Positions 37,687 to 51,106 of a stretch of DNA of 64,000 bases are shown piece after piece. The stretch comes from Guillardia theta CCMP2712 (Eukaryota; Protista; Cryptophyta). Numbering within the stretch: position 1 is the first letter of the stretch; the number at the start of each line of letters is the position of its first letter. The notes under the pieces are model-generated. The model was not told the DNA's origin and ran no database searches. It saw only the letters and a program-made list of their open reading frames with translations. The position numbers were made by a program, and so were the translations under genes. The stretch spans positions 1,177,432 to 1,241,431 of the forward strand of contig NW_005434671.1 in the NCBI RefSeq assembly GCF_000315625.1, given 5' to 3'.

Positions 37687-38376
37687 TACAAGAGGCTTTT
37701 TGTTTTAACTTTCACTTGGAGTGTCAAGACCTTCGGGTTCCTTCCTGTGTGGACTAACAGAGCAGAGCGTTGGTACTTTAACTTGTGACTTAAATGCGTA
37801 ATGAAAGCGATGAGACTACAACTGTGCTCAAGTTCCTAAGATTATGAGTCCCTGTCCGCCAGCTAGCAGATACGTACCCCTACCCTTCGAATGCAGATCC
37901 TGAAAGGGGGTAGTGGTGGAGGTCCATAGGGTGGCAGCTTGGGGGACTATGAGGGGTGGACGAGAACTTGGGCTTGGGGTGACAGTCTAATGTGTACCCC
38001 TACTTCAATAAGAAATTTTTAGATATTTGGGGGGTAGGGTGATCCTTGCAGGGAACTTAGGGATATAGCTGGGGTAGCTGTGGAGTGGAAGAGGGGGTGG
38101 GGTCATCAGCCTCCAGGTGGGTAGGGTCTGCAATGGCGAAGTTGACCTACAAATTTTAACAGCGGCATGCCGCTGTATTATGGGGGGGAGACTGGGGGGT
38201 AGGGGTACCCACAACCATGCTCGGGGGTTCGGTACCCCTAGAAAAGAATGTTCGGAAGGGGTAGGGTTATAGGAAAAGGGGGTCGGGTGGTAGAGGAGTG
38301 TGGAGATGGTGGCGGGATGAAAGCGGCCGGAGGCGGCGGAGGAGGAGAGCGATCGATAAGAATTCAGACCCTCCGT

Positions 38377-40609
38377 ATGAAGATGAGGTTTGCTTCCCTT
38401 CGATCAGGTAAGAACATCATGGAGAAGATGTAACTCGACTTGTTGAGAGGAAGGAGAGGCAGAAATCTTTTGTCAGATCAACTTGATGTCAATCAGAGTA
38501 GTAGTGCGCGAGAGAATCTGTTTGTTGCGATGACTCAGAACATGATGTCTACATGTTTTCAATTGAAATGAGTTTTATAATCTTTATTCTTACTTTTGTC
38601 CTGACTGCAAGTTCATCCTGACTTGATGTTATTCTTTTCTTCATGACAGCACCGCGAGACCTATGGTATATTTACGTTCTCAAATTCCTTGAAAGCTATT
38701 CATATTTCTCCATGGCGGTAAGCTTGCTATCATTAGTTATCTTTACATCACGTCAGGAAAATAGGATGACGCTCTGTGTGCAGGTCGTCTGTACCATCTT
38801 CCTATCGGATGAATTCGGCTTGAACGATGCGCAAGCAGGGTTCGCGTATGGTTTAATGGGCACCTTCTCGTCAGTGTATGGGTTTGTGATTGGATTTGTG
38901 GTGGACAAGATTGGAATTCGAAGATCTCTTCTCTTGGGATGCTCCCTGTCCCTCATTGGACGTTGTACCCTCACCTTCTGTCAATCACCTATATTGCTCG
39001 CAGTCATAATGTACATATTTCTCCCCGCCGGCCATTGCTTGTGCATACCTGTCATGACGCTAGCAATCAAAGGATACACCACTTCCAAGAACAGAGGGTT
39101 TGCATACGGCATCTTCTACGGGATCATGAACGCTGGAATTTTGGTATCGGGACTGGTTGTGGATTTTTTCAACATGAAATACCCTCGAGCAAGCATGAAG
39201 TACGCTTTGAACGGCACATCAACAGCTCATACATTTGATGCTGATGGTTGGAACTTGACGGCTAATCGTTGCGTTTTTGCTACTGGGACCATGTCAACAG
39301 CTGTTATGCTCTTTGTATCCTTCTTCTTTGTGGAGAACAAAGGGTCGAGTAGATTTTCCTCACAGGTAATGAGACCGATGTTTGTGTCCTTGTATCTGAG
39401 AGGAATGAACAGGATTTCAACGATGATTCCAATGCAAAGCTGTTGCCCTCCACAGATGACTCCTGGTCAAACTCATGCACGAGGAAAAGTCTGTGCGAAG
39501 ATCTGAAGGAGATCGGCACTGATTCTTCCTTTTGGCGATTTCTGGGGTTCACAGCAGTGAGTTGCAAAACTCTTGCTTTCATTTACTACGTGGGTGACAT
39601 TGTCAACTCAGATTATGATTAACTTGCGCTCTTTGTTTCGTCACCTCGATGCAACGCTGCCAAAGGTTTCAGCCAGCAATTTGGTGCGTGTAGCACTGAC
39701 ATCTCTTGGTGCAGTACATGATGAGAGAATTCGGCGATCAAGTGGCAAAAGGCAGCATCTACGCACTGAATCCGTTAACGATCATCTTCCTTGTCCCGAT
39801 CGTTTCAGCTGTCACGACCAACATTGACAATTTCGAAGCAATCCAGATCGGTCTTCATCTCCGACTGATATATTCTCCTTTTTTGAATTTTGTCCTTGTA
39901 GGCGCCTACTTGTCTGCTTTCTCCGTTTTCTTCTTGCCTTCAACACATCGCTAACAGCATGTGCTCTCTTTGTCTTCATCCTTTCTTTCGGAGAGGTCTG
40001 ACCCGCTATTGCATGAAAACCCTGTTCACCTGTCTTACTCAACAGGCCCTGTGGTCCCCCAGACTTTATGATTATACAGTATCAGTGGCACCAAAGGGGA
40101 AGGAAGGAGCGTTCATGGCGCTGGGAAATGCTCCTCTCTTCTTCTCAACGATGCCAGTGGGACTCCTCTCGGGCTATCTCCTTCAGGTCGATCTCCTCTG
40201 ACCGATTCCTCCTCGTCCTTCACCTGCTCTCTTTCCTCACCCTCTCCCCTGCTACATATGTTTCTCATGCCTCTGTGATCCTCAGGTCTTCTGTCCTGCA
40301 CAGGGTCCCCGACGAAGCAAGGAGATGTGGTTTGTCATCGGACTGATCACGCTTTCGAGCCCGATCCTCCTGACGATCACCAAGAAGTGGATACGGGAAC
40401 CCGTGCGACAGACGAAGCTGCGAGAGGTGTCTTGTGTCTCCTGCGTAGAGCATCTTCCCTGACTCGTCGGCTGATTGCAGGAGCATGAAAACGAGCTCGT
40501 GGAATTGCACGTGAATGGAAATCAATCGAACCATTCAAGTCAGCCGGAGAACGAGACTCAGTTGCTCAAGTCAAGGGGAACGTCTGGTGATAACGCAGGG
40601 TCGTCGTAG
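38377..40609 (+). CDS. MFS transporter, POT/PTR2-like; apparent frameshift near 39935
   Basis: KFLESYSYF (ExxER-like), GFVVDKIGIRR (MFS motif A), RGFAYGIFYGIMNAG, ALNPLTIIFLVP, GEALWSPR, APKGKEG; start uncertain. Confidence 0.88.
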
Positions 40610-40789
40610 AGCTCCCTGTGGTCATGGCAAATTATTCTTTACTGTGATGAGTGCTAGTTTGGCTATTGTACATTCGAAGTGGTCAGACCTCCGCATAGAG
40701 CAATCTGAACAGCTGCAAGAGGGTGTGGGCAACGGAAAGAGCAAGAGCAATGTGCTGCAGTATCTGTGAGGCTAGTGTAAGGTGGAGAT

Positions 40790-41420
40790 ACGCCTGGATT
40801 CAGTTTCTCGGCAGTGTATGTTGGGTTCAGTCCGATTCGGCGACGATGCCAGTCTCTTGAGCAGTCTCAGCAGCAGATGGTAAAGGTGGGACACTTGTGA
40901 GCGACTTGTAAGGCTGTCGGTGGAAACAGGAGAAGGAAGATCCTGCCGCCCGCGATCTATGCTGTGGATTCGAAATCCTTTGCGAAGATCTGCTGTAAAC
41001 TAGTGAGTACAAGTTCGAAACGATAGTGATCTGTTGTTACTGGTTCTTAAAGTGTCAAATTTGGCATTCTCGTTTGTCGCCGCCATGAACAAGGTCATCT
41101 CTAACGTCTGCGCATTCTCTCGTTCTTTGGCCTACGAGGAAGTGTCACGTGACGAACATCGCCTGCTCGTCCTCCTTTCTCACCCATGCCTTGTCTGCTC
41201 GGATGTCTGCGATCCCGCACGGACGCCCATGCGTGCGCTCGAAGTTTGACGCTCGTTTGCCCAGACGCACCCGCAAGATCTCGAGAGATTTCTTCATCTT
41301 CATCTCTACTGTATGGTCTGTGTGGTCCATCCTGGTCATCGAAGTGAGAAAGGGACGAACGTAAAATGGCTGTTTGTCTTGTTTGCTTCTTGCCTGACTA
41401 GCGTCTGGTATCCTTCCATC
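40790..41420 (-). CDS. possible small multi-exon hypothetical gene
   Basis: Open segments (MTRMDHTDHTVEMK..; AKERENAQTLEMTLFMAATNENAKFD) with intron-like breaks. Confidence 0.35.
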
Positions 41421-41557
41421 TTGTATCGCTGCCAGTCTTACAGAAATCCATATATCAATTAAGATTTCTATGCTGTTTTCCCATTCATCTGTGATTTTAC
41501 CTCTTGTAGAACTCTCATTTCACCATGCCTTGCCTTCTTTCTCCTTATTCCTCGTTG

Positions 41558-41560
<3 letters not shown>

Positions 41561-41637
<77 letters not shown>
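41561..41637. repeat. (CT)n microsatellite
   Basis: Directly visible. Confidence 0.97.
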
Positions 41638-41639
<2 letters not shown>

Positions 41640-42875
41640 GTCCTAAAGGACCATGTACCACTCCTACTCATGCACCTTGCCTCGTCCTCGTCCTCGTCCT
41701 CGTCCTGCTCCCCTCTCCTTGCTGGATCCCTTATCCCTCCGATACCGTACGGCCTCGTACTCTGGACTGCCCGACTCTTTCCCCACCCCACCCCCAATCG
41801 GGAGGTACAGGTGGGGTTCTCCGAAGAGGCCCGCCTTGGTTAGCTCCTTCATGTCACGGTACTGACCAGTTAAGCCCAACATGTGTAGATGAGAGGTACA
41901 GAAGACAAGGAAGGTGAAGAAGAAGCCAAGTATGACAAGATCACGACGACAACAGTCAGGAGATGTCAAGAGAGCAGACATGCTCAGGACAAACATGATG
42001 AAAACATAAATGAAGCATATGAATGAAGAAGACCCATGAAGAAGATGGATGAAGAACGATAAGCCAAGGATGGTGATAGCAAGGGCGAAGGACGAAGGTG
42101 GACAGCATAGAAGAACACAACGAGAGCATGGCGTTACATCACAAGGCGTCACATCACAAGATGATGCTGAAGACAAGCTTTCATACACTTGCAACCGTTG
42201 AAGGAGCGCAACGACTTGACGTCATCAAGATATGCTGATCGTCAAGCTATTATAATATCTTCCTATTTCATGAACTTGTGTGTTATGTGTTTGTGTGAAT
42301 TTGTCTGCAACATCTTACTTGGCTGAATGTATCATGAAATCACATGTGTTGTTTTCAAGATTGATATTCGTAGATCATGAAATGATTTAGCACGACTTGT
42401 AACAACCCGGATAAGTTCTTGAAGACGGTGAGAAGTTCAGGGTAATGTGTCTCATCAGCGGACGAAGCTCAGGGGGCCTGATGGTCAGAACTTAGATCGG
42501 GACTTAGGAAATCGATCAGAGGACACGTAGGGGCGCAGTGTGCATTGAGGGTGGACGCAAGGATGTGAGGGTAGGAGGTTGCTGTAAATAAAGGAAGAAT
42601 TGGCGGTGTTGAGTGATCAATCTGAGAGTCTAAGTTGGAGTGTCAGAAGGTTGTACAACTCGACGTGAACTCAGCTTCCGAGTCCAGCTGGACTGTGAGG
42701 ATGGGTTCAGATCGTAGGTTCCAAGGCAGAGTACTTGCAAGCTGCTCAGGTGCCCGCGCGAGTACGAAACTTGGCCACAGGGGCTTCTTCTGATCGCGCT
42801 TCTGTACTTTCATGATATCTGGAGGAGGCATGCCAGGTGCTGGGGGAGGAACCTATGAAGAGTCGGAAAGCGAGA

Positions 42876-43050
42876 TGAGAAGCAGCTGCTGCTGCTGCAG
42901 AAGGAGAACTTCGGAATGAGAAGCAGCTGCAGCTTCAGTTGAAGGAGAATGAGAAGCAGGTGCAGCGGCTTCAGTTGAAGGAGAATGAGAAGCAGCTGCA
43001 GCTGCAGTTGAAGGAGAATGAGAAGCAGCTCAGTGCAGCTACAGCAGTTG
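42876..43050. repeat. ~33-bp degenerate tandem repeat x4-5
   Basis: Unit gagaagcagctgcagcttcagttgaaggagaat. Confidence 0.85.
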
Positions 43051-43509
43051 AAACGGGATAATAGGGATTTTTCCAATTACAACAAGCGCCAACTGTCCAC
43101 TTGATGATTTTGTGAGTGGAGTATATTTTGGCACAGTGACTCGAAGGAAAGAAACGAAATTCCAACTCAACAAAGCTCGTGTCTGACCTGCTTGAAGGAT
43201 ACTGCTGTGTGAGAAGCGAACACACAGGACACGAGGGAGGCAAATGAGTGAACATAAGAACATCGGAGATGTAATCCCATGACTCAAAGGTGTGTGTTTT
43301 GATTGATGATTGAAAGCGGCAGGATGATTGTCACGTGCAAACACAGGTCTGGTTGAGACGCTGTTTATGAAGGCTTTACGGTCGGCAAGGATAAGGTGGT
43401 CCAATCCGCGGTAGTAGAGGTGCCGCAGAGGGACTCGAACCTGATTAAGCGAGGGCTGATCTCCACGAGTGACATGAATCAGCTCCTGTAAGACCAATAA
43501 AGCCTTCAG

Positions 43510-43778
43510 ACGAGCAGTATGGGAAGAGACTGGGCTACTAGAGGACGTCTTCAACGAGCCGCAGTATGGGAAGAGACCGGGCTACTAGAGGACGTCTTCA
43601 ACGAGCAGTATGGGAAGAGACCGGGCTACTAGAGGACGTCTTCAACGAGCAGTATGGGAAGAGACTGGGCTACTAGAGGACGTCTTCAACGAGCAGTATG
43701 GGAAGAGACCGGGCTACTAGAGGACGTCTTCAACGAGCAGTATGGGAAGAGACCGGGCGCGGCTACTAGAGGACGTCA
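43510..43778. repeat. 44-bp minisatellite x6
   Basis: Unit cgagcagtatgggaagagaccgggctactagaggacgtcttcaa; gcagtat starts at 43514, 43561, 43605, 43649, 43693, 43737. Confidence 0.95.
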
Positions 43779-43869
43779 TCAGAGGAGAAGAGATTTTTCT
43801 CAGTGATGAGACTCCGGTTTGCCTTGGGCCCGCCCCGGAGTCTGGAACGATTGGGAGATGCTGGGGGAG

Positions 43870-45200
43870 ATGGCTGAGGGAATGAGGATGGCCGCGCTGA
43901 TGGCTGGCTTGTGCTCCTGCTCCTGCTCCTTCATCGGAGTGACCCAACCTAGATGGCCTCTGACCTCAGCAGGCTCAGCTCCTTCCCCCTCATTCATGTC
44001 CTCTCGATCCTCCGCTGCTGCTGCTCGTCTCTGTATGCAGAACATACAAGATGGGGGGCCGAGGGTGCGCGCAGCGACGTGGAGCACGCGTGAGTTTGAC
44101 AGCTGGATGGACCTGCTCGGCATCTCAAGATGTGTGCAAGTCGACAACATTGACGGATGTGGTAGGGGGCTGAGGGCAACAAGAGACTTGCTCCCCGATG
44201 AGGTCGCGTTGAAGGTACCATCGGAACTTCTGCTATCAGACCAAACGGTGCTACATCACTCGAACTACGAAGATATGCAAGAGGGAATGTCATGGAGCTC
44301 AAGACTAGCTCTGGGCCTTCTGAACGAGAAGTCGAGGGGAGACAGGTCTGTACATCGTGACTACATTGGAATGCTTCCTGCCCCGCCACGAGTGCTGAGC
44401 AGGTGGAAGGAGGACGAGCTGGTGGAGCTGCAGAACAGAACCCTTGAGGGAGAGACGGATATGATATACTTCTGGAGGCACGAGAACTGGGAGGATACCA
44501 TCACGTCGGCAGAAAGAGTTTTGACGGGCTCTGAGTTCGACTCGTTCCGGCAGAGGATTTCGCAGCAAGACTTCCTCGACGCTCATGACCTGGTTTGCTC
44601 GCGAGCGATCAAGTTGGAGACGGCAAGAGGGGTGGAGCGATTCTTGGTTCCTGTCTTTGACTTGGCCAACCATTCGCCGAGGGGCGGAAGGTATGCCATG
44701 GACGAGGATGGGAACGTGTGCCTGATCACTGGCATTGAAGTCACGCGGGGAGCAGAGGTAAGGGGATGACGCTAAAGGTGCATGCTTGCACGGTAATGAG
44801 GGCACAGGTCTGCTTGGACTACGGAGGGAGGACGAATGATCAGTTCCTCCTGCACTACGGTTTCGTTCCCCATCGAAACCCCTCCGACAGGGTCAAGGTG
44901 CTCCTGCCAGGTCACTTGTCTCCCGCTTGTCTCCGCACTAATGCCACCCGAGTAGACGGATCGCAACATCACATCTCCTGGCTTGACCTCGGGGAGCCTC
45001 TCCACAAGAACGTGCGCGAGGCTGCTGAAGCCCTGCTCCAGACGATGCCGACGTCGGTTGAGGAGGATCTCAATCTGCTCGAGGAGGAGGCGGGCGAGCA
45101 GGCCTTGGCACTGCAATATCGGATCGGGAAGAAGCAGCTGCTGCGAGCCATTGCCGGGAAACAGGAAGCGTTTGACTGGTTTCTTGAGGGATTGTTCTGA
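43870..45200 (+). CDS. SET-domain lysine methyltransferase (Rubisco LSMT-like), probably plastid-targeted
   Basis: GRGLRAT, VPSEL, YIGMLP, CSRA, LVPVFDLANHS, EVCLDYG, LLHYGF, PTSVEED, YRIGKK; leader AALMAGLCSCSCS-F then an S/R-rich transit-like segment. Confidence 0.9.
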
Positions 45201-45282
45201 GCAGCTTCGTGTTGGCATGGCATGCGAGGTCGAGTGACTCGTCTGTTTAATGTCAAACACCCGAGACATGAGAGAAGGTTCT

Positions 45283-47442
45283 TCAAGGGCTCTGGATGTC
45301 CTCAGCCGGCATGCCGTTTCCGTTGGTGTAACCCTCGCTTCGCTGCTGCTGAATGGCCTGATTGACCTCGTCGATAGTCTCGCTAGAAGGAGCTTCGTTG
45401 GACTCCATCACCTGATCTAGTTGTCACCCTCCTGCGTTATTAGAGCGTTCAGACATCACCGATTCGGGCATCATGGCATCAACACCGATGGCCTTGTTCA
45501 CCTGGCAAGCAAGAGTTCAGATCCAGCATCGACAGTCATCTTGCAAACCACACCTCGATAGCATGATCCTCCTCTGGGCCCACTCCGTACTCAGCAAGCT
45601 TCTGCTCCTTCTGGAAGTACCTACGAAGACCAATCAGTCCCAGCGGAGGTAGCAGACAGGAGAAGCTCTACTTTGCGATGTCCTTGCGAGCAGCAGCGTC
45701 ACTCAGGCCGTGCTTCTCCGAGACTTGCTTCAGAGAGCCCTTAGGCGCCTTCTCTAGCAACGGGCTTCGGCTGCAAGAGAAACCAATCAGACAGGCATTA
45801 CAAAGATTGCAATGTAAACAAATTGAGCTAAAAGTGCACCTGGACTGACAATCCTTATCATTCGCAACACAATCCGATTTGTCGACGTTCACCAAGGGAG
45901 TATCCACAGTTCCGTCAGATCGCATAAAGAGGGGAGTGTCTAACTCCACATCTGTACAGACCTGCTCCCCAAATTAGGTTTCCTTTCCTAATCTACTGCG
46001 ACATCACCTTGCCAATGCATTCTTTCTCGGGCTTCTTGTATTCGACCTCCTACACCAAGGTCAACAACCTCGATTAGATTTCGTCATGATTTGTACCGCA
46101 GCGAGCTTCTGCTGCTTGGCGAAGTAATGGCCGAGATCGGACTTAGCGTCAGCAGAAGAGTACTGATGAAGTAAAGTCACAAGGTCGAAGGCAGCACACT
46201 TGATTCAGCGGTTGCTTTGAGGAACCCAACATGAAAAGGAAGTTTCGGGATTCAAATATGCCGTCCTGAGACGTTTTTGAGGGGGCGTTTCAAGCAGATC
46301 TCACCATGTGCGAAGGCTTGCGAGCCTTGCCAGCAATCTTGGCCTGGGAGCTGAAATACTTGCTGAAGTCCTTGCTGGCCTGATTTGCCGTGATGCCATG
46401 GAGCTGTCCCTTGGCGACAGAAGGCTGGGGGATGGTATCCTTCAAATGATTGTTGTTGGCTCCATGCCTGTCTGAAGTCAATAATCTTCTTGCATCACCA
46501 CCATATATCAGGTCCTCACCTGGTAGCAGCCAAGTGGTTGAAGTAGGAATTCAAGTCCTTGTTGCTCTCGCTGACCGTATAATGAGCTGGGGTCGCGGTC
46601 TGTCGGAGGGATTGTCTCCTGGACTTCTTCGACATGCTATTGAAGTATGCAAGGATCTCGCTGTCAGCCTTCTGTGCTGAGATCTTGTTCATCTTTCCCC
46701 TGTTAGTGTCCTTCAGCATGCCGTTGTTGAAGGCGTGCTTGGAGCTCGCGAGTTGCGACCAATACTTTCCCAAGTCAGATTTGGCTGTGCGAGCGGTGAA
46801 TGAGTGGGCACGCTTGATAGAGGCCGATTCATCCTCTTTTGCATCCTGCTCAGAAAACCTGTTGAAGATTGCTTGCGTCTGAGCCTGAGCCTGGGCTGCT
46901 GAGATGCCGAACTTGGTTCCAGCGCGATCATGGAAATGAGATTTGGCGTGCATGACAGGCTTAATAGCAACCCTCTTCCTCATCGCGTCTTTCTGCTGAA
47001 GGGCAAAGTATGCATCAAAGTCGCGAGATGCTGCATTGGCTGACATCTTCCTCTGCTTCAACGACGACCCACTCTGGGACTTGTCAAACAGCGGCTGAAC
47101 GCTAGTCTGGCAATCTGGATCAGTGTCCTTGTTACAGTCAGCATGGTTCACATCCACGAGAGGAGCGTCCATGCCATCAACGATCTCATCCCCGCATATT
47201 CCTCCCACGCACTTGGGGTTCGATCCTCGCATGGGCCGAGTGTCGCGGGCATCTCCTGCTGCGAGTTTTTGGGAGAGCGACACGTTTGCGCGCGAGGAGC
47301 CCAGGACGATGAGCCCAGAGATGCACACAATCGCTGCAACAACGAAGAGTGGAAGGAAGCTCAAGAAGGAGGAGGAGGAGGAGGAGGAGGGAGCGCGACG
47401 CGTCTTCCTCGTAGGAATCGCCGCCGTCCCATAGTGTGCCAT
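45283..47442 (-). CDS. type II membrane protein with 8 helical A..D...YF repeats and two Cys modules
   Basis: MAHYGT.. + TM (FLPLFVVAAIVCISGLIVLG), long first exon, further exons ending ..GMPAEDIQSP*. Confidence 0.75.
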
Positions 47443-47750
47443 GGCCGGATGGCTCTTCACACGGGGTTCAGTACCGGTGTTTTCACTCGGCATTTTGGGG
47501 GTATTCGTAGCATCCAATGTGAGCAGATTGGAAGAGGGTAGGTACAAGGAAACGACTTGTAAAACTTGAATGTACCGGTACCTTATAGATGTCAATTGAC
47601 TGTATAGTAGCGGTCATTCTGATGGATTCTTCTAAAAAGACTATGTGTACGGGTGGAGGGTGAGTACCCCCACCCCCCAAATAAATGATGGAGCGATGGG
47701 TATGAGTTAAAGCAAATAAAAAAACTATCTTGTAAGAGTTGTTGGCAACA

Positions 47751-49126
47751 ATGCGGAGGGCTTGGTTGCGTGCTCGAGGTCCGATGGCTCCTCTGATCCC
47801 GCTGGGAGGGAGAAGCTTCAAGAACTCTGCTGCTACGAGGTACAAGGAAGTCAAATTCGTCCCCCACCTCGAAGAGCAGACCATTCAGAACCCCTTCCCT
47901 GGTCTGAAGACTTTGGAGCGAGCCATTGGAAAAGAGATAACCACAAGGATAGGATCGAACGAAAGCATTGCGATGAGCGATCATCCTCTTTCCAGCATCC
48001 TTCCACCCGAAGTCTTAGATCTTGTACGTCTGTATCCCGACCCGTACTGCCGAGATATCCGCGCGTTCCTGGCAGAGAAGTTCAGGATGGCAGAGGACGA
48101 GATCATAACGGATGCTGGTGGTGACAGTCTTATATTCCTTGCGCTGAGGTCAAGGATTTCTCCCGGTGACGTCCTCGTGACATCAGCAGGTTCTTATCTC
48201 TTGTTAGTTGCATCTAAACGCGGCTGAAATGTTAGCAGGAACGTACCCCACTGTGAACTACTTGGCTCAGGGCCTTGGCGCAAAGATTCTTGAAGTGCCA
48301 TATGCACAAGAGAAAGACAATCTGAAGCCGTCGCTTCAAGATCTTGCAAAGACAGCCATTGAAAACAAAGCTGATGTGCTGTATGTTGCGAACCCCGACA
48401 ACCCTACAGGACAAGCGTTTACCTCGGCGGAAATCACTAGATTGCGATCATGGTTGCCTGAGGACACCACGTTGATTTTAGATGAGGCGTACATCGACTT
48501 CTGTCCCAACTATGCAGTAATGGACAGATTGCCCAACACAATCCAAATTCGCACGATGTCGAAGGTGCCCGATTGTGTGATAATCGCCTTTACCTCTGAC
48601 GAAAACCGCAGGCATATGGGTTAGCAGGCATAAGACTCGGTTATGCATTCGCAAGGGCGCAGTGGGTGGAAAAGGCAGATCAGATCAGAGTTCAGTTCAC
48701 GACCAACAACTTGACAAACTTCTTGGCAATGAAAGTTCTGCAAGATGTTAACTTTTCAAGGAGGCTGATAGATGAGACTGTGCAACTCAGAACGCAGCTC
48801 ACTGAAAAACTGAGATCAAGTACGTGTTTCTCTCTCATTACATTTGCAGATTTTCCGTGCTGATCACTTGTCGGCAGAAGGTCTGAAAGTTTTGGCCTCA
48901 AACACAAACTTCGTGCCTATTATTTATCCCAGCAAGAGCGACGCCATGGCCCGCCAGAAGGTGGGGACTTGAGATTCGGAAATGGCTTCATCCTAATTTG
49001 TCACAGGCTCTGTGGGACATGGGAGTTGCAGTACACCGTCCTCCTCATCCTTCGATGCAGCATGTTTTAAGGATTACAGCAAGCCCGCAGGCTCTCGACG
49101 ACGCAATCATCTCAAGATTGGTGTAG
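47751..49126 (+). CDS. PLP-dependent class I/II aminotransferase, histidinol-phosphate aminotransferase-like
   Basis: IGSNES, YPDP, GTYPT, YVANPDNPTG, ILDEAY, RTMSK|AYGLAGIRLGY, TNFV, LRIT; 4 introns. Confidence 0.9.
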
Positions 49127-49279
49127 CGACAATTCATTGCGGCCAAGATGGTAAATCAAAGCAGGAAACATCCTTCTGAGACGTGCATCAGATCATGCTT
49201 GACCGGTTTCTTTCCTCGTGAACTGCATCACATCATACCAGTCCGTGATTGTCAAAGTTTACTGATTACAAAATTGGAT

Positions 49280-50454
<1,175 letters not shown>

Positions 50455-51106
50455 TGCTGCGCCACTTCGCGATGCAGGTTGAGTGAAAAATCACATTAAT
50501 AAAGCTATTGTAGCACTCCTCCAAAACAGTTTTAACAATTATAATATGTTATTTTACTAACAATATGTATAAAATCAATACAATATTCACTTAATCTTAT
50601 TTCCATTTCAGTAACATATCGAAAATATAAGCTTATATAGTAGAAATACTAGTATATGATAAAACACTTCTGTAATAAAAAAAACATATATAAAATAGGA
50701 TTTCTACCTGGACTTCGGTGGCAGGTACAAACAATGTTTTAAAAGTAGTTTTGATGCGGGTAAGTTTGCAGGATGAAAATGCTTGAAGGAGGTAGCAGGG
50801 TGCAAGGGATGGTGTTTGAGTGGTAGGCGTGAAGAGGGAACATCAGTTTGAACAAGTTCATCCATGAAGACTTTAGCTGTTGAGATGGAGAAACACGAGG
50901 GAAGGAGGGCGAGAGCAGGGGCGGTTAGGCTCGAGACTCTGAGATTGCAACCCGATACTGATGTTGAGGGTCGGCGAGTTGGTAGAGGAGGCGAAGCAAA
51001 ACAACGGTAGGGCACAGGACGAGAAAACCACAATATTATCATACAAGATGCACACATGCATCTGAACTACATGTTGCCCTCTGGTCTGTTTTGATGACAT
51101 GGTTGT

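Noticed and set aside
43510-43778. 44-bp array as a CRISPR array
   Set aside because: Head-to-tail units without unique spacers, no cas genes, eukaryotic context
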